DNA from: Camelus dromedarius
Taxonomy: Eukaryota
Reading direction: 5' to 3'
Length of the DNA stretch: 64,000 bases
NCBI RefSeq assembly: GCF_036321535.1
Contig: NC_087462.1
Coordinates: forward strand, 558,001 to 622,000
Positions within the stretch are counted from its first letter, which is position 1. Each line of letters opens with the position of its first letter. Below, one piece after another: positions 24,901 to 35,600 of this stretch. The notes beneath the pieces are model-generated. The model was not told the origin of the DNA and did no database searches. It worked only from the letters and a program-made list of their open reading frames with translations. Position numbers and translations under genes: made by a program.

Positions 24901-27875
24901 CTGTGGAACTGAGAAAGCTACCCCAGAAATCAGAGGTGCTGGGACAAGGGTCTGAGGCCTCACTGAGTGCCACCTGTGGGTGTACCTGCAGTGTTTTGGG
25001 CTGCTGGGTGTGAATGGAGCCGGGAAGACGTCCACCTTCCGCATGGTGACCGGGGACACGCTGCCCAGCGGGGGTGAGGCCATGCTGGTGGGCCACAGGT
25101 GAGCAGCCCCAGCCCGGAGCCCTTGTTCCTCCCCACCACCCTTTCCCGCGCATGGCCACTACCTCCCCAGCATGGTCCTCTCGGGCTGGCCTGAGTGCCT
25201 GACCCCCACGCCCCTGCCCATGGACTCGGCCCTGAGACATCCCGTCCTTTACCAGGGTGGGTGGGCCCTGAGACCCTTGTTTGCCCCGGCATGGCCGAGG
25301 CCTAGACAGTTCCCTGAGCTACCTGTGCCCCGTCCCCAGCGTGACCCAGGAACCGGCTGCAGCTAACCGCGGCATGGGCTACTGCCCTCAGTCTGATGCC
25401 ATCTTCGAGCTGCTGACAGGCCGCGAGCACCTGGAGCTGTTTGCACGCCTGCGCGGGGTCCCTGAGGCCCAGGTTGCCCAGGTGACCACCCCCCAACAAG
25501 CTCTCCAGCCCCCACCCAACCATCTGTCCCCTGCCCCCGCCCCGGATCACAGCTTATCAAGCCTTCTCCCTGACCACACCCAGAGCCCAGGTCCACCCAC
25601 GCCTGGTCCTCTGCCCCTGCCTTTCCCCCAGCTCTTCCCCTTGCTCCTCCCCCAGCTCCTACACAGTCGTTTCGGTTCACCTCCCCTTCCCACAGTCTTC
25701 CAGGCTGCATCTGACCCCCCTCTCCGCTTAGGGACCCGCCCCTTTCCTCCTTGACCCTCCTGGCTCCAGCCCGTCCACTCGTCCACTCTCACGGGACTCC
25801 CGTCCAGCTTGCGCTTCCTAGCGGTGGTGCCTTCTGCCCCTGGGCCAAGTCCTGCCTCTCCCGTACTCCGGCCCCACGCCCACGTGGCATTCCCGCTCTG
25901 TACTCGCGCCGTATGCGCTCTGGCCCCACCCCCTTTATTTACCTTCCACACCCCCATCCTCTCCCTGGCCCCTTCCGCTCACTCGGGACCCCTGGGCTCA
26001 CTCCGCCCTCACTCTGTGCCCACTTGCTCTCACTACCTTCCTGCCCAGCCCTCGCTGTGGCCCCCACCAGGCTCATCGTGGCCTCCCCCAAGCACACTCT
26101 GGCCCCTCTCACCCTGGCCCCCAACTCTCACTCTGGCCCACCACAGACAGCAAGCTTGGGCCTGGAGCGCCTGGGGCTCCTTCAGTATGCGGACCGTCCC
26201 GCGGGCACCTATAGCAGTGGCAACAAGCGGAAGCTGGCGACAGCCCTGGCTCTGGTGGGGGACCCGGCTGTGGTCTTTCTGGTGCGTGTGGGCGGGGCCC
26301 AGGCAGAGGCGGAGTCGGGGCGGGTGGGGCGGGGCTTAAACATCTCTCCCCTCCCAGGATGAGCCGACCACCGGCATGGACCCCAGTGCCCGGCGCTTCC
26401 TCTGGAACAGCGTCCTGGCTGTGGTGCAGGAGGGCCGCTCCGTGGTGCTCACCTCGCACAGGTGGGCCCCAGACTGGATGCCCAGGCCTGCGGGTCCAGG
26501 TGCCCCGGCCTGGGAAGAAAGGTGGACCAGGCCCCAGCGAGAGGGTGTCAGAGCACGGGGTCACAAGGGATGGGGTGGTCCTGCCCTTGGGGGAGGGTGC
26601 CCAGCCTGATTCGGAGGACACAAGGGGTTGGTACCCGGCCCCGGAAACACAGCAGTCTGGGCCCAACAGGAACTATCCGCGAGCACAGGGTGGTCTAGAG
26701 GTGGCGGGTGAGGATCCCGGCAGGGGCAGCACAGCACCGGGCGTGGCTGGTCCAGGCCAGGCTGGAGCTCACGGCGCTGGGCTCCTGCAGCATGGAGGAG
26801 TGTGAGGCCCTCTGCACGCGCCTCGCCGTCATGGTGAACGGGCGGTTCCGCTGCCTGGGCAGCACGCAGCACCTCAAGGGCAGGTGAGCGGGGGCAGCCC
26901 TCCAGGACCGGGGTTGGGGCAGGTAAGCGTGGGGCTGTAGGAGGGGCCGGAGGAGAGACCACGCGGGGCCATCTTGGCTCTCTGGGGAAGAGGCAAAAAT
27001 CATGGGCTGTCCGGGAGAGATGGCTTGAGAGGGCGAGACTGGACCAAGATGGGGATGAGGTCTGATGGGTGAGGGTGCAAGAGGCCAGGGCAGAGGCCAA
27101 AGAGGGTCTGGCGAGTGGGCGTGGCCTGGAGATTGGGCGGGGCGCGGCCTTATGTGGGCGGGGCCTAGGGGAAACCAAAACTAGACAAGAAACGAGCATG
27201 CGGGTGGGGCGAGGACGAGCAGGGGTTGGGGTCACGTGTGTTGGATAGGGATCTAGAGGAGCTGGGGATAGGGATGGGGCCAGAGGAAAGCAGGAGGGTG
27301 CTGTGGGCTGGTTGTAGGGAAGAGTGGGCTGGTTGTAGGGAAGAGTGGGCTGTGGGCGGGCCTTGTAGCTCTGACCCCGCCCACCCCACCCCAGATTCGG
27401 GGCTGGCCACACGCTGACCCTGCGGGTGCCCTTGTCGCGGTCTGAGTCAGCGGCAGCCTTCGTGGCAGCGGCGTTCCCGGAGGCCGAGCTGCGGGAGGCA
27501 CACGGCGGCCGCCTGCGCTTCCAGCTGCCCCCGGGAGGGCGCTGTGCCCTGGCGCGCGTCTTTGGAGAGCTGGCGGCACACGGGGCGGAGCATGGCGTGG
27601 AGGACTTCTCTGTAAGCCAGACCACGCTAGAGGAGGTGACTGCAGTGCCAGGACTGGGCTGGGGGTAAGGGTGGGGCTGGGGGCCCTCAAGCTGACTTCC
27701 GCTCCTGTTTTCTTGGGCCACCCACCACTAGGTATTCCTGTACTTCTCCAAGGATCAGGGGAAGGAGGAGGAGGAGGAACAGGAGGCAGAAGCGGACCCT
27801 GTGCCAGGCTGGCAGCGCCCCAAGCTCATCACCCAGTCCCTCGATGACCCCAGCATGGCCGTGACGGTGCTCTGA
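11007..27875 (+). CDS. ABCA7: ATP-binding cassette subfamily A member 7, about 2151 aa, 46 coding exons
   Basis: Exons 11007-11072, 11159-11252, 11442-11583, 11664-11782, 11918-11994, 12342-12422, 12653-12863, 12998-13137, 13349-13465, 13676-13843, 14015-14232, 14538-14714, 15068-15290, 15428-15649, 15741-15942, 16236-16346, 16568-16739, 17012-17143, 17246-17385, 17621-17758, 17944-18128, 18212-18284, 18617-18819, 19075-19135 (donor inferred), 19325-19429, 19529-19683, 19911-20035, 20121-20207, 20408-20695, 20918-20950, 21067-21244, 21326-21495, 21852-22029, 22255-22370, 22662-22806, 22901-23024, 23520-23649, 23723-23843, 23918-23980, 24992-25098, 25340-25481, 26147-26281, 26358-26461, 26791-26883, 27395-27635, 27732-27875. 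Total 6456 nt, phases consistent. Starts [14 protein letters not shown]; Walker A GHNGAGKT and GVNGAGKT; Walker B ILDEPT and FLDEPT; VFLYFS motif; PDZ-type C-terminus VTVL*. Confidence 0.96.
12140..12290 (+). mobile_element. MIR fragment (ends approximate)
   Basis: Core gagcctcagtttccctgtttgtaaaatgggg. Confidence 0.6.
12897..12970. repeat. Compound microsatellite (GT)20(GA)17 in an ABCA7 intron
   Basis: GT at 12897-12936 and GA at 12937-12970, ending 27 nt upstream of the acceptor at 12998. Confidence 0.97.
23294..23435 (+). mobile_element. tRNA-derived SINE, camelid (vic-1-like) type, with target-site duplication
   Basis: GGGGAGGATACAGCTCAGTGGTAGAG...GGTTCAATTCCC...AAATAAATAAACCTAATTATCTCC plus A-rich tail. 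AAGAACCCAA at 23284-23293 and 23436-23445 is a candidate TSD. Confidence 0.85.
24070..24660. repeat. Degenerate tandem array of an L2-terminus-like motif (TTATTGAGCACCTACTGTG) in ABCA7 intron 40
   Basis: More than ten diverged copies, e.g. tgaacacctactgtgc, ttattgagcacttactgg, attaagcacctactgc, atcaagcacctactgtgt, ctgagctcctactgtat, cgagtgcctactgtgtg. Confidence 0.65.
27303..27352. repeat. 21-bp tandem duplication (about 2.4 copies)
   Basis: GTGGGCTGGTTGTAGGGAAGA at 27303-27323 and 27324-27344, then a partial copy. Confidence 0.9.
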
Positions 27876-27982
27876 GCCTATCTCCTCTGTGGAGCTGGCG
27901 GGAGGCCCTGGGAGTGACAGAGGCAGGGCAGAGGGCCTGGAGCATGGACCCAGACTCCCAGAGGGGTCGCTGCCCAGGAGGA

Positions 27983-27988
27983 AATAAA
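27983..27988 (+). terminator. ABCA7: ABCA7 polyadenylation signal
   Basis: AATAAA 108 nt after the stop, with GU-rich sequence downstream. Confidence 0.8.
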
Positions 27989-28466
27989 GAGAAGTCGCGG
28001 TGTAAAGCAGTGAGCACACGTGTCCGTGCGCCAGGCTGCGCGCTTCTCCAAAGCTAGCTGCGTGCGCTTGTCTGGATCCCAGGCCTGGCACCCACGTGTG
28101 TGCGGGCGTGGGCTTGTGAACGCAGATGCCGCTTGTGGGATGCAGGGGAGGGCCCAGCTACAGCCAACTGGACTCCCAGCTGTAAAGGCCTCTGTGCTGG
28201 GCTGGGGAACAGGGGAGTCTCACGTGCACGGGTGGCCTTCCTAAGAGCCTGGACGCTGGTCCCGGGGCCCCTACATGCCCACGTGGTTCTGGCACCTGAG
28301 GGCGGGAACTGTGAGCCGCTGGTCATAAAGTGGGCATGAGGTCAGGGCTCAGGAATGTCTCGGGCAGCTGGAGGAGCCCAGCAGCAGTGGCTCGGACCTC
28401 GGGCCTCCTGACCAGATCAGAAGCCCACCAGCTAGCCCTCATCCCCTGATCCTGGTCTCCAGAGAA

Positions 28467-28604
28467 ATGAGTGGTGGGCAAAGGATCTTTAAGGGACTTT
28501 TGCACTGGGTTTGTGGATGGATCTGGGCCTGGAGGGCTGGATTTGGCGTGAGGGGCTGTGGCCTGCACGCCCTGTGCCCCGGAGATCCTCCTCTGCCCAC
28601 TGAG
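28467..28604 (+). CDS. ARHGAP45: Alternative upstream first coding exon of ARHGAP45 (46 aa, phase 0)
   Basis: ATG 28467, MSGGQRIFKGLLHWVCGWIWAW...PLPTE, donor GAG|GTCAGT. Phase 0 matches exon 2 (30599). It gives +16 aa versus the MFSRKK exon, as recalled for the longer human isoform. Confidence 0.6.
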
Positions 28605-29312
28605 GTCAGTGTGGGCCAGTGCTGGGGAGGTTGGACTGGCTGGGGTTTGGAGATGGGGGTTAGACTCCGGAAGGGGCAGGGAGGAAGACGTGGGGAGAGG
28701 AGATGGCTCAGATTAGGGGCGTTGAAGAGAAGAGATGGTCATGGGCGGGGAGGGGGTGCGTGGAGGACAGAAGGAGGTGGAGAGCTGGACACACTGCAGA
28801 TTGCCCCAGCTCTGGGGGCCCTGCCAGGGAGGGGAGGAGGTGGCGGGGTGGCCTCAGGTGTGTTATCCGCCCGGCTGCTGGCTAGCTGTCCAGTGGTCAT
28901 GGTCGATGTGTGTCCCTGGAATATGGAATTGGGGAGGTGTGGGGGTGGGTGGGCTAAGACCAGCGCAGGTGTGAGGCGGAGGGGAGGTGACCCGCTGTGC
29001 CCCTTGCTGCCCAGGCCCTGAGGTCTGCAGGGGGCGTCACCAGAGGAGGGCGGGCACACCCAGGAAAGGACGGGGCCTAGAGGGTAGACGTCTATGTGTG
29101 GGGCATCCATTTCCTCCACGGAGCTCGGGGGCTTCTGAGCACGTGTCTGAGCCTGTCTCTGGAAGTCTGTGTCCTTCTGGTTGCATCTGGGTTGTCCGAG
29201 TGCGGGTCAGCGTCTCTGCAGTCGGCCGCAGTGCTGCGCGGTGCCTGCCTGGGGGCGCCAGTGCCAGGCTGGGGCACCTTGTCCAGCTCGCGCACGCGCA
29301 GAGCTCCTGAAA

Positions 29313-29333
29313 CCGGAAGCGAGGGGGCGGGGC
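29313..29333 (+). promoter_or_regulatory. ARHGAP45: ETS (CCGGAAG) plus GC box at the main ARHGAP45 promoter
   Basis: CCGGAAG 29313-29319 and GGGGCGGGGC 29324-29333, about 280 nt upstream of the ATG. Confidence 0.55.
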
Positions 29334-29611
29334 CTGGGACCCCACCTTTGAGCCCACTCTGCAGAGGGGCAGGCTGAGGCCGATGCTGGGGAGGGTCAGG
29401 GGCGGGTCTGCGTCACCGCCTCCGGAGGCCTTTTCCTGTTAGGGGGAAGCACCGCCAATGAGGGCTGGGCCTGTCACGTGGGCCTGACAGCTGGGGAGGG
29501 GGTGGCTCGCGGCAATGTGGTCCAGTGGCCACCTACACCAGGAGCTGCAGCGCTGAGACCCCCTAGCCCGGCCCACCTCGGGCCACTAGGGCCACTTGGC
29601 CCGGCCCCACC

Positions 29612-32600
29612 ATGTTCTCCAGGAAGAAGCGGGAGCTCATGAAAACCCCTTCCATCTCGAAAAAGAACCGGGCGGGAAGCCCCTGCCCGCAGCCCTCGGG
29701 GGTGAGTGAGACTCTGCTCGGAGCGGGTGGGGACCTTGGAGCCACACCCGGGCAGCAGGGAGACAGAGGGGTACCCTGTGCTCGGGGCCTGGCCGGGCAG
29801 GGGCTGGGCAGGGCCATGCTGGGGCAGTGGCGGAGGGCTCAAACCAGCTACAGCCCCTGCTGGGCCGGACTTCAGGGGCCACGCAGGACAGGCTGGGCCC
29901 CCAGCGTTCAGCTCATGGTCAGAGCCCTTCGGGATGGCCGCTGCACCCTCCGATCCCTTCCAGGGCCAGCTGTGGGGTCCAGGGAGAGGGTGGGGCGGGT
30001 GCCAGGGTGTGGGCGCCCTGGGTCTGAGACTCTGTATGGTGGGGGCTCAGGGAATCTGGGGCCTCCAGGCACTGTGAGATGTGAGGACCACTAGGTGGAT
30101 GGTTTAGTGGGAGCAGAGTGAAGAAGAAGATCTCTGGGTGTAAGGCCTGGGGGTGTCTCCACAGGCTGGGGGCATCTGCAAGGCCTGGGGGGAGTCCACG
30201 GGACTCAGGGGCCTCGGGAATCGAGGCGGTGTCTTTACCAGCGAGTAGGGTTGCCTGCAGTGGCCTAGCCTGAGAGGAGCCAGAGGTTGAGGACCCTCTC
30301 CTGGCCCTCCCTACCCCCCAGGAAGTGAGGTGCCCCTCCCCCGCACCCTTGCAGGCCCCGCCCCTGGCTGTGGTTTGGGCAGACCGTTGTTTGTGAAAGC
30401 TCTGGGGAAGAGGATGTTGGGTAACAGGTGTGGGAGGGGCACGACCCCAAATCTCAGCCCACTAACCTGTGGCCTTTGACCCCTGCAGGGTCAGGCTGAA
30501 GACCTTCCCGAGCCCCACTTCACTTCTGGGGAAGCTAAGGCAGGGCTAGGTGGCAAACCTACTCTACCAGCGCCCCCTCCCCTCTCCTCCCCGACCAGGA
30601 GCTGCCCAGGAGAGATGGGGCTGACGCAGTGTCCCTCGGACCCAGCCTGGAACCACCAACTGTGGCCTCAAATGCCAAGGCCACTGGCACACTCAAGAGG
30701 CCCACCAGCCTGAGCCGCCACGCCAGTGCTGCTGGCTTCCCGCTGTCTGGAGCCAGCACCTGGACGCTAGGCCGCAGCCACCGCAGCCCACTGGCAGCAG
30801 CCAGCCCGGCTGAGGTACCCATCCAGGGGCCTGGTCCCGACTCCGTGGAGGACATCTCCCACCTGCTGGCTGACGTGGCCCGCTTTGCCGAGGGCCTCGA
30901 GAAGCTGAAGGAGTGTGTTCTGCATGATGGTGAGAACCGGCCAGGACACCGAGGCCTGGGTGGAAGGCAGGGCCAGACACAGATACCCCAAACCCTGTGG
31001 GGTCAAGACAGGATAGAGGGAGGGACTTGGGGAGGCTAGAAGGAGGTTGTAGGGAGGGCTTCTTGGAAAAACCCATTGCAGAAGGGTTCTGAGGGATATA
31101 TAGGAGTTTGGTGGCAACTAGGAAGGAATGGCATTGAGGCAGAGTGAATGTCATATACACAGACTCAGAAACATGAAACAGATATGAATTTGTGGGAACA
31201 AGGTTGGGGTGTATGAATTGTGTGAGGCTGAAGGCATTGAGACTGGCAAGCAGAAGGACCCTGGACATTAACCTGAGGGCGGTGAGGAGACATAGAAGGT
31301 GTTAGAGCAGAGGTGGAACGAGGTGAGATCTGTGTGTTGGACTGAAACGGACTGGAGGTGGGCTTAAGTCTCAATGGAGAGAGATTCAAGAGGGACAAGG
31401 GGCAGGGCTGGCACGTAAACTGTGGGAGTGAGTGGCCTGTGGGATGGCAGTTCCGTTTTTTCCTTGCACGCGTCCGCTGACAGCCCAGCTTCCTGCCGAG
31501 TTATTTTCATCTGCTTCCTGTTTGTCCCTGGCAGCCAGAGAGGGCACTGTGATCTCTCCTCCCGGAAACCGCAGTGCCAGGGCCATGGTAAACACTTTGA
31601 CTTGCTCCTCCAGGTGCCCATTTTACAGATGAGGAAACTAAGGCCCAGAGTGGGCCCCTGACTTCTAGCTCACCCAGCCAAGGAGGGGCCGGAGCCGAAA
31701 TTAGACCTCAGCCTGGAGAGAGACCTCAGCTCTGCAGGCGTTAGTGGGGTGCTCTACTGGTGCTACGCCTGCTGGGTGGGGAGTGGCAGCCCCTGGGCTG
31801 GAAGGAGGTGGGCGCCATAGTTGTTTCCCGGGGAAACTCTAATCTCGGTTCCTTTCCTATCCTGGAGGTTCCTTGGAGGCCAGGCCTGGGTGGAGTTGAG
31901 CTCTTGGGCATCCTGCAGGAGGCTGGGCCAGGGCCAGGTACCCTGCTTTGCATCTAGGGGCAGCCCTGGGCTGAGGGGCTGAGAGGATGTGGGTTCGAGT
32001 TCCAGTGCTGCCCCTGCTGGGCTGAGGCTCTAGACCAGCGGTCCCCTCTCTAAGCCTCAGGTGTCTTCAATGTGAAATAGGGTAATGATACGCCAGGCAG
32101 GGTTGCTGACTGTAACCAGATGTCCTCTGCATATAGTGCCTATTGTGGGGTTAGTGAGACCCATACAGCGACTTGGTGACCCCTGTGCTGTCAGCGGAGG
32201 AAGCGGCGGCAGAGGTGGGGGGAGTGCGCTAGGATCCACGTGGGCGGGGCGGGGTGGGGTGTCCCCGCGCCTCCTGACGTCCTGAGCCTCGGCCGGCCTG
32301 TTTCCCTGCCTACCCTTGGCCCGCCCCACCCTGAATCGAATTAAGACTCCTTGAGTCTCGGACTCCTGCTCCCCAGTCCTGGGAGCTGAAAACCCCAGCC
32401 AGGGCTAGTGGGACGCCGGGGCGGAGCCTTTCCCGGCGGGGGCGGGGTCTTCGGACCGGCCAGAGCCGGTTTGGCTGCGGAGGACCGAGCACCAAAGACC
32501 CTGGACCTGTAGGTCGTCTAGTCCGTCCTGCGCGTTCACGGAGGTCCCCGCGCGCTCACGGTCGAGCCATGTGTATCTGCGGGACGGTGCACCTGGCTCT

Positions 32601-35600
32601 GCACCAGGGCCCGGTCTGCTGCCAGACGGGGCCCCGAGGTGAGCGGACTGTGCGGGGTGCAGGGGTCTGGCTGCGAGCACGTGGAGCTTGGGGCATTTAC
32701 CACCAGTCCATGGGGGGACACAGGGCTGCCAGGCACTTGCCTTGGCCGTGCCAAGCTGGGCATATCTGAGCTTAGCCAGAATCCCACCTGCCGTTGGCTT
32801 CCCAGGTTGGGATGCTGCGCGACAGGAGTGGCTGAGGCCCAGGCAAGAGGGGCCGGTGCGTGGAAGGAGTGTCCTGGGAAGGGGCGTGTCCTGGCCTTTC
32901 CTCTCCTGGCTTCCCTGGTTTCCTGACGCTCCTTCCCGCCTCCTTGAGTTGGCCTCGGATTCAGGCAGCAAATTGCACCCAGGTCTGAGGCACCGGGCTG
33001 TATCTGGAGCAGGCATTCCGTGGAGGGGGTCTCCCTGTGGGTGGCATTCAGCCAGGGGCCTCAGTGCTGCAAAGGGATCAGGCACCTCTTTTTAGGTTCC
33101 ACTCTTTTGGTTTTGGTTTGGTTTTGAGCATCACCTACCAGGCACAGAGTTAGGGTCCACAGGTGTGAAAGTTATCCTCCCAACTGGTGGCCAGGCTCCT
33201 CCTGGGTCTCAGAGTCTGGTCATTCCTTCCCTATCCACGCATTCCTGTGGCTTGGTTTCCACTAGATGGTGCGTGTTTTGCACACACTGTTCTGCTTGTG
33301 CACACTGCTTTTTTTCAATTAAGAACATTTGAGGAGGGCATTTAAAGCTACTTTCCAAGATGCAGATATGACCTCAACCCTCCTTTGCTCTAACACCTTC
33401 TGTGGCTCCCCATTGCCCTTGAGATAAAGTCAGGCAGGATCTATCTGGCTGGCATTCTCATGCCTTCAGAGCTAGTGTAGATTTGAAAGCTGTTTGATCC
33501 TTGAGAACTGACTTCTCCACTCTGTGCCTCTTTCCTCATTTGTCAAATGGGGGTGATGACAGTGTCTGCACCATGGGGTGGCTGTCTGGGGAGAGTGAGA
33601 TAACGAGGTGTTTAAGCCCCAGTGTCCAGGCATGCAGGGCTGGGAGAGAGCTGGACAGAGCCTTGAGGGTTTGGGGCAGGGAAGGGGCCAGGTGGGCTGC
33701 ATGGAGGAGGAAGGACCAGGACTACAAATTTGAAGGGAAGCAGGAGTTTGTTTTCTGGAGGGACGAGGAAAGAATGTTCTGTGCAGGACTACATAAGCCA
33801 ACGTCTATGCCTTGGTTGAGCTGGCCAGTAGTTCAGAGAGGAACATTGCTCCCACTGAGGTCACAGGCCGAGCCTCAGACAGCTGCCCTCCCATCTCTGC
33901 CTGTCTCCCCACTTGGGGACAGGGGCTCTGAGGAGGAGGTGGGCCCCTCTCTCCCTGCTCACACCCACTCTGCCCAGCAGACCTCCTGGAGGCCCGCCGG
34001 CCACTGGCCCATGAGTGCCTGGGTGAGGCCCTACGTGTGATGTACCAGGTCATGTCCAAGTACCCGCTGCTGAACACAGTGGAGACGCTTACAGCTGCTG
34101 GCACCCTTATTGCCAAGACCAAAGGTCAGTTGGCTAGGATGGGGCAGAAATGGCTTTCTGCCTGGGAGGGCTCCCTGAAGAAGGGGATGTTTGAAGTGGG
34201 TTTTGAAGGATGCATAGGAGTCTGATAGACCCAACAGCTCCAATGTTACCCCTTCAGTTAGTTGCACAGGTGGTTACCTCCCAGACTAGGCCAAACCCTC
34301 TTTTCCTCGTCTCTGCACTTCAGCCTTCCATTATGAGTGCAACAACGAGTCTGACAAGCGGGAGTTTGAGAAGGCCTTGGAGACCATTGCCGTGTCCTTC
34401 AGTAGCACGTGAGCATGGGGCCAGCGACGCCGGGGTGGGGAATCGTGGGGACCTGTGTGCCTCTTGACATCTGCACCCCCCTGCCCTGCAGTGTGTCTGA
34501 GTTCCTCATGGGTGAAGTGGACAGTAGCATCCTCCTGTCAGTGCCCCTTGGGGACCTGGGCCAGGTGAGTCGGGGTAGCCTGGAGGCTGCATGGGGTCAG
34601 GCTGGCAGGGTGGGTGAGTCACCCCAGCTCCCTCTGTGGACTGTGGTCCCCTGCTCTGTCCAGGGTTGTGGTGACTGTCTCCTGCAGGGTGGGCATCAAA
34701 CAGGCCCCAGCCCTGGCTGGACTCACCTGTTTTCACCCTGTGCAGTCCGTGGAGAATCTGTATGGACAGGGGAGTGAGGGCGCCCCACCCGGCACCGACG
34801 ACTGTGATGTGGGTGAGTCTCGGAACCACAGAGCGGGTGGCACGTGCTCAAGTGGTGGGCCGAGCGGCGGAGGACTCGGGCAGAGGCTGGAAGGAAAGGT
34901 GGGCTGAGGGGGAGCCCGGGCTGAGCAGACCCCCCACAGGCTGCCTGGCCCCGGAGGAGGTGGACATGCTGCTGCAGCGCTGTGAGGGTGGCGTGGATGC
35001 AGCGCTGCAGTACGCCAAGAACATGGCCAAATACATGAAGGACCTCATTGGCTACCTGGAGAAGCGGATGGCCCTGGGTGCGAGCCGGACAGGGTTAGGG
35101 CGGGGGTCTGGCTGGGGGGCCCTGCCCCGCCCCGCCCCGCCCCTCCCATCCCCCCTGCACTCACACCTCTCCCTGCCTGCAGAGATGGACTTTGCCAAAG
35201 GCCTGCAGAAGATCGTGCACAACTGCAGACAGAACGTCATGCAGGAGGTGGGGGCCCCTGGGGTACTGGGCAGGGTCCCTCAGGCCTGGGTGTGAGTCTA
35301 GGCCCCTCCGAGAAGGGCTGAAGGAAAGGGGCTTCCTGTCTACACTACAGTAGCTGAGATGGCAGGGCTTCCACGAGGGCGTGGGGTGCTGGGGCCCCCT
35401 CCTGTCCCACCCCTGTGACTGCCGCCCCCCGCCCCCCGCAGCCCCACATGCCCCTCCTGTCCATCTACTCGCTGGCACTGGAGCAGGACCTGGAGTTTGG
35501 CCACGGCATGGTGCAGGCAGCGGGCACGCTGCAGACCCAGACCTTCATGCAGGTGGGCTGCACCCAGGGTAGGGTGGGTGGGAAGGAGGGCGCTGCAGGC

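Noticed and set aside
25099-25104. Position equivalent to the human ABCA7 c.5570+5G>C splice variant
   Set aside because: The donor here is GTGAGC with G at +5, the normal allele.
26561-27721. 386-aa minus-strand ORF (similarly 37214-38281, 61621-62631, 55888-56697, 59167-59934)
   Set aside because: Low-complexity Pro/Arg/Ala translations, non-ATG or weak starts, running across introns antisense to or overlapping real GC-rich exons. Expected stop-codon depletion at this GC content.
32569-32769. ORF track lists MCICGT... as minus strand
   Set aside because: The sequence reads ATG TGT ATC TGC on the plus strand and ends at TGA 32767-32769. The strand label appears wrong, and only the first 70 nt are treated as an exon.
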